Origin: Lytechinus pictus
Lineage: Eukaryota
DNA: 64,000 nt
Direction: 5' to 3'
NCBI RefSeq assembly: GCF_037042905.1
Contig: NC_087245.1
Coordinates: forward strand, 25,918,001 to 25,982,000
Positions 39,311 to 53,226 of the stretch are shown in pieces; positions within the stretch are counted from its first letter, which is position 1, and the number at the start of each line of letters is the position of its first letter. The notes under the pieces were generated by a model, which saw nothing but the letters and a program-made list of their open reading frames with translations, had not been told where the DNA came from and ran no database searches. The position numbers and the translations under genes were made by a program.

Positions 39311-41999
39311 GTATTACAGAGGCTGTTTAGAGGTCGTACATTGGCTGCGTAGTGGCCTTGCGATTTTACTACGATTTTTTTACCCCATACATGTGCACCG
39401 AAAATCCTTACAATGTCGCTGGTATACGACCGTGCATAGCCATACGATCGGTATACGGGCAATGGGCTTACGATTTTTATAATCTGTCGCACTTATCACG
39501 AAACGAAGTTGTGGCCTACGATACCAGTAGGGAGTCCTTGAAATCGTATGACATTTCTCTGATACGATCGCATTGCGATATTAAAAATACAGTGAGTTTA
39601 CGAATTTATGGTGTTAGCATTAGACCAATGTGACATTAGCACAAAACTGGCTCAATGGAAAGTATGACCGAGCATTAAGAAAGATAATTGCACAATATTC
39701 ATCATTCCCTTGTCCGTGGGATAGCTGTAATGTTTCATTTTTTAACTAAACACGTACAATCATTCTTTTAAAAGCGCATTTTGACATCATTGTGTATCAA
39801 CAGATTAATGAAGAATATAACGAATAACATGTCGATCCCCAATATTTATGAAGGAGTTTCTAAGGCGAATGGTTCGATGAATCGACTTCAAACTTCGCAG
39901 ATTGGATGATTATGATAATTTTGTTTATATATGTGTAGGCCTCTACCGGTTAGGTTGTGTTGTGATTGAGAACGATACGCCTGTGACGTGTTTGAGCGTG
40001 GTGTGTGATAGCGTGTAAAATCTGACCCTATTACATTTCATTATTAGATTTATGATCCATCAATATTGATGTGAAATTCGTTGTATCTTGCTTTTTTCCC
40101 ATAAATTTGAATTTTCCATAAATAACATGGTTGGCACTAGCAGCACAGATATCAAACTTATCAGATTATAGTTCAGTCGAAACTTATTATCATTGGCCGC
40201 CCAGATCATTTCTTGGGCAGCAATCATGGTAATTGACGATGAGTAAAAAGGGTCATTTTTGTCCGCAATTGAGAAAGCATTTCAAGACAATTTTTAAAAA
40301 ATGGGGACATACATAAAGAAGAAAATGAGAGGCAGAGAAAGAGAAGTCGAAATAAATTAGATGTATATCCTTCAATAATTTCCTAATCATACTTTTATTT
40401 TAATTTTTTTTAATCTATAAATTGAGAATATCGATACAAATTGAGGTTTCAAGAGAGGTGGTTATATATTTTTTATCTTCAAGAAAGTGATATAGTCTCT
40501 CTACTGTGGTTCTCATATCTCGCAGAATTCGATCTTACATTAATGCCAGATTTGAAAAAGATATTTCAAGACCGAATTATGAAAATGAGAAATTTCACCT
40601 TCCATACTACTAATAAATGAGATTTATTAGATTACACTTTCTCAGCTCTGCCTATCACCATATTCTTATCTTACTTTCTCTACAATTCCATTCAAATGAA
40701 TTCATATCGAGATTGCCCGCTGGTCCTGATTTATGGGTAAAATCTACAAGACAGAGATCTGTAGCTTCATTTTGATCTGCATGGTTTGACATTCTTAACC
40801 CGCACGTTGAACATTTTAAATCAAATAAAAACTTTAATATCTAAATCATAGATCTTTGGGAATGTGGCGCCCATCCAAGACGACCGAATAAACCCAATCT
40901 TAGTGAACCACTTTTCACTCCGTCAGCTTACAAATTTATACACTTTTCAAAACTTTCGGACGTGTAAATGAATTGTGGCTTTAAAATTACAAACAAGAAA
41001 ATATGCATACGCACGTACGATTTCATTGGTTACTAAATACGAACATGACGGATTACCCTAGATTTTATATGACTTCTAATACAAGTTTCCCGATTGTGTT
41101 GATCATTGCATTTTGTTCGTCTTCACGGTTTCTTTACTATTTTACCAAAATTGTCAAGATAAAGGTTGAAAATCACAAAAACGCATGAGAAGTTGGTTTT
41201 GTATCAGTAATAATTATTTTTGCAACATCCTAATCACTCAACAGAATGAACAAAGCATTGTCAATCCCTAAAATAGATTTTAATAAAATATGGAATGTAG
41301 GCCGTGAAGGTCTAGTTATATGTAGAAAAGAGAGTATTATAAATCCTACTGCAAAATTAGGCAATAGGTCAGCAGATAGGAGGGAAGCTCTGACTATATG
41401 CATTATATTTTTTGATTTTTTGACGCCAGATTATATTCCCTGCTTGTGCAAATATTGAGAAGTTTATAGGCCGATCCAAGAGGCGAAGTGACCTATCCCC
41501 CCCCCCCCCTTCTATTGGCGGAACCAAAACAAAAACAGGAAAGAAAAGAATGGGGAGGAAAAAAGAAAGATGATAAAAAAAGAAGATAAGAATAATAAAA
41601 GTGAATGAGTTGAGGGGAACTAACGAAGCCACAAGATTAAGAGATCACGTGTAGGTACACGCGTCTGCGTCCATGGATAATTACATAACTATCAAGCTAT
41701 CATTCAAAACATCTTACTTAACCATCTAACTGCAGGAATTTTCTTTTTTTTGTATTTGAATTGTTGCCTACATCTTCTTTCAGCATCTAACTACAGGGTT
41801 TAAATTAAGTGTATTTTAATCATTGCAATGATTTTTCTTTGCATATGCAATGCCAAAGCAAATGATTGGTAGTATTATTCAAATTTGTTGAGTGTAATCT
41901 AGGTAGTGTAATGAAGAGACAAGACATACTTCTTCTTGTACAGGAAATAATTGAATTCCTTGAATAGGGGCAATTTTTATAAGCCACATTTATGACCCG

Positions 42000-42170
42000 G
42001 TGGGTGTTTCATAAAGCTGTTCGTAAGTTAAGAGCGACTTTAAGAACGACTGGTGATCCTTTCTTGTGTTAAATAGTATTTACATTGGCAATGGTTTAGC
42101 ACGTAAGAAAGGATCACCAGTCGTTCTTAAAGTCGCTCTTAACTTAAGAACAGCTTTATGAAACACCCAC
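42000..42170. mobile_element. Foldback MITE (Harbinger-like, CWG-type target)
   Basis: About 65-bp near-perfect arms GTGGGTGTTTCATAAAGCTGTTCGTAAGTTAAGAGCGACTTTAAGAACGACTGGTGATCCTTTCTT; a relative lies at 48079-48249. Confidence 0.85.
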
Positions 42171-43224
42171 CAGGTCAGTTCATTTCAAAATCAAAGCCTC
42201 TCTTTCTCAAAACGTATATCTCTCTGTAAGTTGTAGGAATTTTTTAGTTCATGACACATGCACAAAGAAATCACACAGAAAAGGTGTCCACATATTACGT
42301 TTCATTGACAAAATCAGTTTTAATTTGAAATAAAACACATGGAAAATGTGTCAATTTATCAATTGAAAATCGTACAAACACATCATCATCATCATAATCA
42401 CGATATATAACCACATGGTGGACTCCTATACAATTATAAGACCAATGAAGTACATTAAATGTTTAAACAGAGAAGCAAGTTTAAGAAGAATAATATAAAG
42501 ACAGTATACACACATTTAAATACAGATTCTATCATATTAACCTGTCATTATTAGGATTGTCCTAATTGATAAAAACGAGATCATGTCCGTATTAAACAAC
42601 ATCAGCTGATCAATAAAAACAGCAAACTCTCAGTCTCTGAAAATGACATACCGATACAACATATCAAAACTCATCCATTTTATTCTCTTTTTAACTATTC
42701 ATATTTCAGATTGATTCATAACATTTGTCTTTCTCTAATAAAGCACTTTTCATATTATCATTAAAATGATTCATTCACTCATTAATCCATTTTGATTTAC
42801 CTGATTTTCTCTCAATTTATTAAATAATCGTATTTTAAATCTTTCTACTCATTTATCAACCATTCTAATTACTTGATTTATTTAACAATCAATATACCTA
42901 CATGTACAAATTTAATAATTGGTTCATTCATTATCAATTCCTTCATTGATTTAATCACTTATATACTAGTTTTTTATCATAAGTCATCGATGACTGAATC
43001 GTTTACATATTCATGCATAACAAATAGGAATTTTTTGATTGAGTGCAGTCGAAATCTATGCCTCTATCCTTCCAGATCAGAAATATATTGCACCTTCATA
43101 TACACTACAGTGGCTTTAGATAACATGAACTTCTATCGTGTCACCGTCAAAGCTATAGTGGGTCATTGTCGATCCCAAATTCACATATAATTCAAGTTTG
43201 ACATTGATTCATCAAGAGGTTTAG

Positions 43225-43494
43225 GGCCCCGTCTTACAAAGAGTTACGATTGATCTGATCAATCGCAACTATGGACGGCCAGCAATGTCAACATCTATTA
43301 TGCATGTTTGTTTAAAACATTTTCTAGCTATGATGTATATCCATGCATTCATTGTTTTCTTGAAATTTCATTGCATATCTCTTTGCATACAAAGGAAATT
43401 GTGCAAATTTTTCTAAGAAAAAATTATGACACTGATGAATTTCCATTGAGTTACGATTGATTGGATCAATCGTAACTCTTTGTAAGACGGGGCC
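43225..43494. mobile_element. MITE (Harbinger-like), same family as 23790-24042
   Basis: TIR GGCCCCGTCTTACAAAGAGTTACGATTGATC is perfectly mirrored at the right end. Confidence 0.85.
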
Positions 43495-44067
43495 CTGGAG
43501 AACCACACATTCTCATGTCTTCAATGACCCCTGATACTTTAAACCTCATGAACCTGATTCTATCCAGGTCCCGGTAACACAAAGCTTAGCAATTGATTTT
43601 GGAGCCGATTCCTATGATTGATTGCATTGATTAATGTGTGTGATCCACCGTAAAAATCAGTCCGATGATCATTCACTAAGATCTGTCTTACAGGGCCCGG
43701 ATCACAAACCAACACACAAAGTTGTATGGATTGTGTTCTTCAGATCTAATTGACCTCATCACTCCTAATTCTTCTCAATTCATTGGCTGCTCACAATCAA
43801 TATATACCCTATTAAATCTTACACACAGGTCCATCCATCAGTTCTTGAGAGATCGCGATCCTTTAGAATGTAAACAGACAAAAAAAATTAATGTGGCCCC
43901 CTTAAAAGGAGGGGCGAAAGCGTTAAGATTACATAGAATACAATATTGCAAATATTCAACATGTACAAACATTCGGTAGAATTAGACAATTTGGTGTACT
44001 TCAATGAGATATTAATACAATTACAATTTTAAAAAAATGTTATCATTAACATTCTTTTTATTATTAC

Positions 44068-44255
44068 CAGTGTGATGGCTCAGTTGGTAGGGTCTGCTTC
44101 ATAACCGGGAGGTCAGGGGTTCAAACACTGTCCACATCAGACTAAAATACATTAAAAGATGGGAGTACTGCTACCCTGTTTGACGTTCAATGATTTTAAA
44201 GGGATAGAGCAATGTTGATCTTGCACTGCTCAGTGGCTGCTGGGCCCACGATCAA
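44068..44255 (+). mobile_element. tRNA-derived SINE, different family
   Basis: A box TGGCTCAGTTGG and B box GGTTCAAAC, followed by a non-tRNA body; no intact cloverleaf. Confidence 0.65.
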
Positions 44256-45994
44256 TTGAGCAAAATAAATTTTCATTTTGCTCAAAATTTCTATCTCTGA
44301 TTTCTATTTCCCAACAATATTTCGAACAGATTTTAATTTTCCTTTTTTTTCTTCTTTTTTTCATTTTCAGTTTTTCCCCACCATCAACGAAACAATGATG
44401 AAGGAGAATCCAGTCAAATATAGCCAATGACATTACTCACCATATATGACTTGTTCCACTTTATTTAGTGCCACAAAATATAAGAATAAGTGAGCTTATA
44501 AATAAACATGTGGTAACTATAAAGTTATGTAAAGAAAAAGTATATATATATATTGTATCGAACTAAAAAGGCTACTTTGGAAAAGATTTGTAATATTAAA
44601 ATAAACCAATAAATAAAGTAGGTTGAAATAATTTTGAAAATTGACACCTTAATTTTCACAAAATGAATAAAGAAGGGATCTTATCAAAAACTTAGCCAAA
44701 AGTAGATCAACACCTCCCTAAGAAACAACAAAAATCACAGAACTATTAAGCATTGTTAGTTGCAAAATGTGTGATGCATGTGTCCATCGATGATATAATT
44801 GGATTTCATGTTTTTCATGATTACCCTCAACAAAACATCCAATGTTGAATTCTTACCTCAAGACAATATTTTTGTCTATTCAAAGAATATAGAAATGAAG
44901 ATATGTTTTGAAGGACAATGATAAAGCCCTAGTAGACATGAGTCATGCTTGATATTACATTTTCATTTACATGAAACATTTGTGAACATAAACACATTTC
45001 ATTTATAATTTAAGACCTTCTTTATGCCATCCAGAGGGTATTTGTACATGCTTATTATTGAGACAGTCATACAGCCTTGATTTCCATCAAAACAAAGTAC
45101 CTTTTTGCACTACAACTGCAGAAATCTCAAATAATGATGTCAACCTTCATGCTCGTGTCTGATGTCTAATTAAAATGCCTACATTTTGACATCAGCTCCT
45201 GTTATTTCATCCTTAAAAATATTTTTTACACCTTCTTCATTGTTATTAGGGAATTGCTGATAAAAAGTAGCATGCATTAATGAGATATTTTCAATGTGTC
45301 TCAGACATTTTAAGGTTCATTTGGAAATCCAGGAATAATAACATACTTTTACCAGGCAGATTTCACCTTGTTATTGTCTTTTACTTTCTTCTCTTCTCTT
45401 TCGCATATCAAACTACATGATATGCAGGCTGGGTATACCGTAAACAGGAAAAAACACTGTCTTCTAATCTTTACCACAGAGCAACAAAACTGTCAAACGT
45501 ATTGAATGCAATATGTCTCTGTTTAAATAGTATGTATCTAAAAGTTCACATGTCAGTATTTTCAATAAACTTGTTTTAATCATTTTAGGAATTTGAACTC
45601 ATCTTTATATAAATGACATAACTACAGATGATTTCTTACTGTGGTTTGGTGACCTTGAGAAACACAATGAAACCTATCAAAGGCTTCATACTCAAGTGTC
45701 GTCTAAAATTCCTATTTTGCATAAGTCTAGCGACCATTCAATCTTTTTTCAACCATGGATTCTTGGTGATGGTTTGAATTTCATTTCCTGATATAAGACA
45801 GCTACATACAGACAAACGGTTCCACAAAATACAGTTATCTTTTCATTCGGGTGGGATCCTGAACAAAATCAATTTTCTTGTAAACTCACAAAATACATCT
45901 ACTAAATTGCATTTTCTTTTCATAAAATCCACATCATAACAATTCTAGTATATATAATGTATATAGAAATGAACTGGAAGAGTGACATACACTT

Positions 45995-46397
45995 CTGGGT
46001 CGGTATTCAATTCTAAGTAAAGATTTTGTATGTGTTTTACTTAGCATTTTACTTGGCTAATCAAAATGCTTATAAATCTCTGAGTATTTAACTTTATCAA
46101 GCAAAATTTAAGCGAAATACTAACTAATAACCATTATGACGTCATACAGTTTGAGCCAAATAATATGCAATGTATGAATCCATCTGTGCGCAGAATGTAT
46201 GACTGTGCGTATCACATTTGTAAACTGCATGCAAGCCGGATTTAAGTCTGGTAGGCGGCTGACTTAGATTTAAGCAAAATACCAAAACATGCAATTGAAT
46301 GCAAAAGCTGGATTCAGATTTTACTTACCCAGTAGGCAAAATACCGAGTAAAATACTTCAAATTCTGGCTTAAGTATCAAATTGAATACCGGCCCAG
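45995..46397. mobile_element. MITE with short TIRs
   Basis: CTGGGTCGGTATTCAAT ... ATTGAATACCGGCCCAG inverted ends. Confidence 0.75.
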
Positions 46398-47401
46398 GGG
46401 AATTAACCAGGCTAAACAGAAGCTCAAAGACCAAGGAATCTAAACTAAACCCTAACAACACCAAGAGGCGTTTAGCAACAGTATGTCTTAAAGTCATGCT
46501 TAACTTAAACGGCCAACATACACATGATATTTAACTTGTTACCTCATTGATGAATACGCAAAAGCACACATTCTTTGAGCATAATTTGACTGATGCAGTG
46601 ATGTGGAAATGCATTGAATGGAACGAGGAATCTACCAAGAAGTGCTATTTTAACTAGGAATTTACCAAGAAGTGCTATTTTAACTATCAGTAAGTCACAT
46701 TGCAGTCCATGTGAAATGGCTCCCAGCTCTTGGAAAATAACACTCCTCCACATCTTCTTCTTCCCACTACCAGAATGGAATATTCTTTACTGAAGGTTCA
46801 ATGTCTGTATGATGGGCGATTCCATGATTTTATTACATTATACTTTTGTGTTTATTTATAATGTAAGATTGGTTTCTACATGGAGTTCATTTGATATTAT
46901 ACAACTCATACAAAGATTCCTGTAATTTGATTGGTTGAAAGCCATTCAATATTTGATCCTTTTTGTGCTGCATGCAAATTTCATTTTCCATTGCACGGCG
47001 ACCGTGCATTTTTTATTTTTCCATTGCACGGTTGAGCTCTCTCCCGCAGGGGGTACCACTAAGCATGTGTGTAGGTACATTTTGTATGTGTGTGTGTTTG
47101 CACGCATCAAATTAAGCGCATCAACAAAAAGGCTGACTGTGCACACTCAGATTCATGAATCAAAGTGCGTCACAAAAAACAAAAACAATTAACTGCTTTC
47201 ATCCACTGAAAAATTAATAACATTTCCAGAGAAAATGAATTGTCAGACAAAGGCAAAATGTCTTAGTTCCATCTGCTTTTTTTTTTCTTCTTCTTCTCTA
47301 TTGTTAAATAACAAAATCTTGAAAATTTGTTGAATAAACCAAATGATGCATGTCTTCATTCCTCCATTATGCGACCTATCCACTCTAGTTGAGGCTGTGT
47401 T

Positions 47402-47563
47402 CATACAAATGATGCATGCACATAAATTCATTAGGCGACCTATCCACTCTCGTTGAGGCTGTGTTCAACCCAGCCTAACGGCTTCGTGCAATGGATTGAA
47501 CAGAGCCTCAACTCGCGTGAGGATAGATCGCCTAATGAACTTATTTGCATGCATCATTTGTAT
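47402..47563. repeat. Foldback with adjacent partial direct duplication
   Basis: ATACAAATGATGCATGCACATAAATTCATTAGGCGACCTATCC..GTTGAGGCTGTGTTCAA is mirrored at 47497-47563; the left arm is partly repeated at 47340-47404. Confidence 0.75.
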
Positions 47564-48078
47564 ACTCTTTTTCTTTTTTTGTAGTGTAGATAGTGTACAT
47601 CCTACTTGACACCATAATATAGAATCCTGAGACCCATTCCTGTAAGGGATGAAAACTTTATATCTGGTAGGTTACATTATGCAGAGGACATGAAAGATTG
47701 AGATGCATTTCTCCCAAAGTTTTCTTCAAACTGGGTTAAAACAAAACAACCAGTGATATTCATGTTACTGATAGATAGTTGACAAGTCATTTGATTCATA
47801 TAAGCCTTTGTCCCCCTCATTAATTGGTTTCCTTTTTATTTTATTTTCTTCAATTTACCATGAGAATCTGTTCATGATGGATACCGGCACATTTCACAAA
47901 TGTCCATGTTATTATCATTATTAATTTTTTCTCATTATTATTATGATTATATGTATATAAAGCTTTTTTCTGGTTGAAACAAGAAAAACATGGTTAGCCC
48001 CAACCTACATCATGGTTAGTTATGTTACAATTGGTCCAACACTACAAATTTAAGACACTTTTTAACAATGAACTCCAG

Positions 48079-48249
48079 GGACCCGTTTCATAAAGCTGTT
48101 CGTAAGTTACGAATGACTTTACGCACAACTGGTGACCCTTTCTTGTGCTATATGATATATCCCAATGTAGCTGACTTGTGTATAAGAACTTGTTCTAGTC
48201 ATTCGTAAAGTTGTGCTTAACTTTACGAACAGCTTTATGAAACACCACC
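48079..48249. mobile_element. Foldback MITE with CAG target duplication
   Basis: CAG-GGACCCGTTTCATAAAGCTGTTCGTAA...TTACGAACAGCTTTATGAAACACCACC-CAG. Confidence 0.8.
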
Positions 48250-48619
48250 CAGATTTCCCAACTGAAAAACATACAAAAGATACAATATTTTGAGTCAAAG
48301 TGAAAAAAAAATGTATGAAGTCCCAAGTCCATTTTTTTTGTATTGCTTGGATTAAGTTTGAAGACAAAATTGGAGAAAGTTTCTTTGAGTGGAGAGGTAC
48401 CCTTTGCATTTACAACTTATAAATAAATTTGAACCAAGAACTAAAGACCCAAGTTTGAGATAAAGCAAAGATAAAGATTGGGAAATGTCCTATAATTCAC
48501 GGAACACCCTGGATAATATTATCAACCATCATAATGGCATATTCCTGAAACGCCTTTGTTAAAAACCTAGCAATAACTACATGTGATATCCATGTTATAT
48601 AACTATAATATATATTTAA

Positions 48620-49214
48620 AGGGGAATCCAACCCAAATAAAAACTTGTTTTTATAAGAAAAAGAAAAATCAGAAAGGTTGATAGGTGAAAGTTTGAACAA
48701 TATTGGACAAACAACAAGAAAGTTATGAATTTTTAAAAGTAGTAAATATTGGTAATCACTATACCCATGGAGACTTCAAATTGGCCGCATATGGGATGTC
48801 ATAGTGATGTAAGGCAAGGACTACTCTTCCATGTACTCCAATACATATTATGGCTAAAATATCATTTTTCCCAAAAGTTTAATTTCAAATTATATTTTTC
48901 TTTCATGAGGACATAAAACAATATACTACCTGGATTATATTTAGATTACTGCCCCAGGGGAATGGGTACTTAGGAGAAAACCACAAATCCCTGATAATAA
49001 AGTACATGGCCTATGGGAAAGTTGTCCTTGCCCCTTGTCATAATTTACTTACCCAGTTGCCAATTTGAAATCTACATACTATTAGTGATCTCAATTTTAA
49101 AGCAGCAATAACTTTCTTATTGCTTGTCCGATTTCTTTCAAACTTTCGCCATTCTGTTTAATCAATTTTTCTCCTACCCAACACAACATTTTATGGCCAA
49201 GGCTGGATTCCCCT
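48620..49214. mobile_element. TTAA-flanked MITE (Kolobok-like)
   Basis: TTAA-AGGGGAATCCAACC ... GGCTGGATTCCCCT-TTAA with longer imperfect subterminal inversion. Confidence 0.88.
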
Positions 49215-50030
49215 TTAAAACTACAAGCATCACAAAATGAAAAAAGTGTGTGGTTATTCTTTAATAGCCATTCACCCACGAGGTCATTACATTGGATAAC
49301 ATACAACACTGAATAGATTATGATAGAGCGCTCATTAGTTCTTGTATAGCGCTATCATCATATATGCTTAATAATCATTACCTGGCTTTATTTGCTTCAA
49401 AACAACAATGTCATAAACTTGCTTGTAAACATGTTTGATTGCTTGTGTTTCTCCTAAAATTGTTGTTGCCATTTGCCTGGCCTAATACAAACATTTCTTG
49501 TTTTTGTTTGTTGCATTATGTTATGGACATTCATTTAATGTGAGTTTGTTATTCATTGCTTCAAATGACTGACATGAATGTAGGGATAAATTGTCATTGA
49601 TCATTTGCTACATGATAGGTATTTTCCATACCATACACAAATAAGTCCATGTACATGTCATACACAAATTAATCCATGTACATATACAAAAATATATTGT
49701 GTGATATTTATAAACTTACTTTATGAATTTTTTTCCTATCAACTTTAAGCCTTTTATTTTCAATCAGAATTTAGATCCAAATCCCTTGAAGAGCATTTGC
49801 TTATTATGTATGTATGACACTGGTTTACCATTGGGAGGCTATTCTATCCATGTTCCAACATATCATACCACAGTGGACTTATTGGAAAGTCCATGACACA
49901 ACATTAATGAAAAAAAGATTACATATCAATTCAATATAGCTATATGCACATACATCTACAAATTATTCCGAATTCATGAATTGCTGTGTTGTTATCATAA
50001 CATGAAATCTTCTGATTATTAGAGCATACA

Positions 50031-51385
50031 TCATATATAGACTTGCCAAACATCATTCTTTTCATCTGTGGGATCAACCTCCTCAACTTGATTTCTAGCT
50101 TCTGTTGCCATGGGGATGGATGGTAGTGGTTCTATAGAAGGGGATAAGGACGAGTCCAAATCTGTATTACAGGCACTGGATGCTTGAGGAACGGAGCTCA
50201 AATGAACCATGTTTCCATTTTCAAAGTCTACATTTGAGACAGAACCTGCAGCAAAGTTAGGAGTATTGCCAGGAGACAGGCCAACATCACCCCCTGGTCC
50301 TTCTGCAAGGTTCAGAGGTTTGGTTGCTAAGGAAAGCTTTAATGTTGGCGACGCAGAGGGCATTAGTTCCTCAGCTGAAGCTTTCTTCCAGACATCCTCT
50401 ACCAGTTTGGGCTCGGGATCTAGAAAAGATTGTTGATTTGAACCGGAAAACAAGGGAGAAGGGAGTTTACCAGAAGTCTGTATCAGTTTGGCAACATCTC
50501 CTTCAGATACCTTCCGCGGTTTACTGAGATGCGGTCGCTCTGATGATGTGATATCTCCCAGGCTTGACTTCTTGACCGGGGTGTGTTGGACAGACAGGCC
50601 TTTCCTGTGTACTTTGCTCGTGGTTGGTGAAGTTGATAGATCAGGGACGGTGATTTTAAGAGAAGGTGAGGAGATGGGACACAGATCCATTCTTATCTTT
50701 GGTCTTGTAGCAGGAGATCCTCCAACTGGTGAACTGCTGCTACTTGATACATGTAAATGGCTGGATGAACCATCACCAGTTTTTGCTGGGTTTCCAGTCA
50801 TATCTTGGACCGATGCTGAAAGAGCCAAGTTCCTGGCCTGGATTTGCTGTAATGTATTATCAATGGCAACAGTGTGTGGGTCACTCGATGCTCGACCAGT
50901 TCTTAGGTGGTGTGAACTCTTACTGGAACTTGAAACATGACTCCTGGAGCTCTTTTTCCTAACTGTCGCCTTGTCAAGCTTCACAGAGCTTGTGGATGAT
51001 CTAGTACTAGAGCTTGAAGCAACAGCACCTCCGACTGATAATAAACTGGCGTCTGAAGAGTGTTTTGGGGTGTCCACATTCTTGGAAGATGAACCAGCAA
51101 TCTTCTCAAGAAATTCTTTTCGCATTCTACGTATCCTCTCTGCTTCTGATTCTCCTGCACTATCATGTAGGGTGACTCCTCCTCCACTGCTAATGGGGAT
51201 GACCCGTAGCCGATCTGACTTGATGTATTTGCCACTTCTTGATTTGCCATGGGAACGAGATGTTGATCTTGTCCCTCTTTCTTTGGGTGTATTGTCGAGT
51301 AAGACCTCCTCTGGGTTGATGCTATGCCCACTTGAGGTAGCTGTCTTGTAACTCCTACGTTGGGCAAGGGTCTGCCTTGGTTTCT
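50031..51385 (-). CDS. ANKIB1: ANKIB1, terminal coding exon (Ser-rich disordered tail)
   Basis: Acceptor TTTTATATTTTGCAG ends at 51386; phase 1 matches the donor at 60275; open for 450 sense codons ending ...EKNDVWQVYI*. Confidence 0.8.
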
Positions 51386-51539
51386 CTGCAAAATATAAAA
51401 AGAAGTTTAACAATTACAAAAAAAAGTGATAACGAAAGAAATTATAACCATGACAATGATACTGTGTCTTTTACAGTACAAGAAATGATGTTGGTGAAGG
51501 AAAAAAGGAAGAAGACAGAGAAGCAGAAGATAATAGTGG

Positions 51540-51777
51540 AGGAGAAGGAGGAGGAAGAAGAAGAGGAAGAGAAAGAAGAAGAAGAAGAGGAAGAGGAAGA
51601 AAAAAAGAAGAAGAAAGAAGAAGAAGATGACAATTCATATCTGACAAGTAATAACAATCATCGCTATGGTAATCGTAAAAGACAAAGTACCAAATATAAT
51701 TTTATCTTTTCATAAGCTCTGTTATTGTTTCATTGTGATGTATGTGTACTAATGGAAATTTAAACTAAAAATTGTGA
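51540..51777. repeat. (GAA/GAG)n tract plus copy 2 of the ~150-bp dispersed repeat
   Basis: The purine triplet run continues directly into sequence matching 19047-19201. Confidence 0.85.
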
Positions 51778-53226
51778 AAGAAGAGGAGGAGAATGAGGAG
51801 AAGGAGGAGTAAGGAGATTTTTATAGCCATTTCCCAGCATGTTCTTCGTTTACATTTAATTCTAAAATTGTAAACAACCTAAAAACACATGCTGCTCAGG
51901 GGTTCTTAATTTTCCAATTAGAATATAATGATCCCATAAGGAATAGGATAGAGAAAGGGGTGATCTAAAGTAATTAAGATAGAGAGGAGAAAGAAGAGAC
52001 ATAAAAAGAGGGAAAGAGAGAGAGAGTAAGTGATATTAGAAGAGTGAGAAAGACACACAGAGAGAGAGCGAGAAGAGGAGATGAAGCTAGAGAGCATGAA
52101 AGAAAGAAACGAACAAACAAAGGGAGAGAGTAAACAAGAAAGTGGGCGTGAGAGGAAGCAGAGTATATAATAAGTCTGGTGGGACTAATTACTGCTTAGT
52201 TATATATGTGGGCTCTTCTTTTGATACCATCGATCGGGTAATCTGCAACATCACTATACACATGTAATGTACCATAGAATGAGAACACACATTCTTATCT
52301 ATTCAAGGAGATCTGAATATTTTAATCAAAAACTGGAAATTTGATTTTTGAATAGCTTCTCCGAGGTGAACCTTGGAGATGAGATGTACATGTACATCTG
52401 TAGTAATTCTACAGTCGAGTTGTTCATACATTTCATGCATCAGCAATATCAAGTTCTGAAGAAATATACAGTTCAATTAAGATTATTATTTGAGCTGGCT
52501 TAAACTAATTACCAAAAATAGGAAAGGGGTACTCCAAGTCATCTTAATCAACAAAAAACTAGCAAAATTAGTATTGCTTGCTACATAAGGTTTGCTCTCA
52601 AAAAATTATAAAAGAAAACTACAACAAAAATATAATACAATGACACACAATGCCACCTAAGCCTGATTTTGTACTAACTCTACATGTATATGTTTTATCA
52701 TATTTTTTTTACAACAGTTAATCTTCATTCAATTACAGTTTCACAGAAAGATTGAAATTAATTAGAATTGCAACCTTCATGATGGACAAGAGCATATGCA
52801 ATGATAACTAAAAAAAAGTGTAAATTAAGAAATTATACAATTTCATTAGTGTGGAATTATTCCACATCTTTCATTCTTTCACAAATCCCTATCTGTCCCT
52901 TTTTTTAATTTTTAATTCATATTCCTTTCTCTTTCTTTCTCTCACCCTCTCTTTCTTTCTCTCACTTGCTCTCTATCTCCCTGTCAATCTCTCTAATGCT
53001 TCATCTCTCTTCCCTTCTCTGTTTCTCTCTGTGTCTCTTTTCAGATCTTTTCTATTTCTGTTTCTCATTTTCCTCTCTTCAAGCCTTGTGTGTCTCAGTT
53101 AAATTATGTCCTCATTCGTGATCTCACATGTTTGTTAATGTTTGTTTTTCCCTTGCATGTTTTTGTCTTTGTATGTTCTATTTTGTATCCCTTCTTTTTC
53201 TTTCTTTATTGGGCTGGAACTTCTAA

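Noticed and set aside
39320..39635. CpG-rich segment with 71-93 aa ORFs
   Set aside because: Looks like a DNA-transposon fragment with short TACGA/TCGTA repeats (similar texture at about 8210-8325); ends and family could not be defined.
50209..51351. Plus-strand ORFs up to 150 aa overlapping the ANKIB1 last exon
   Set aside because: Antisense shadows of a long coding exon; no recognisable motifs or splice structure.
51377..51715. Glu/Lys-rich 112-aa ORF
   Set aside because: Produced by the (GAA)n tract and a dispersed repeat.
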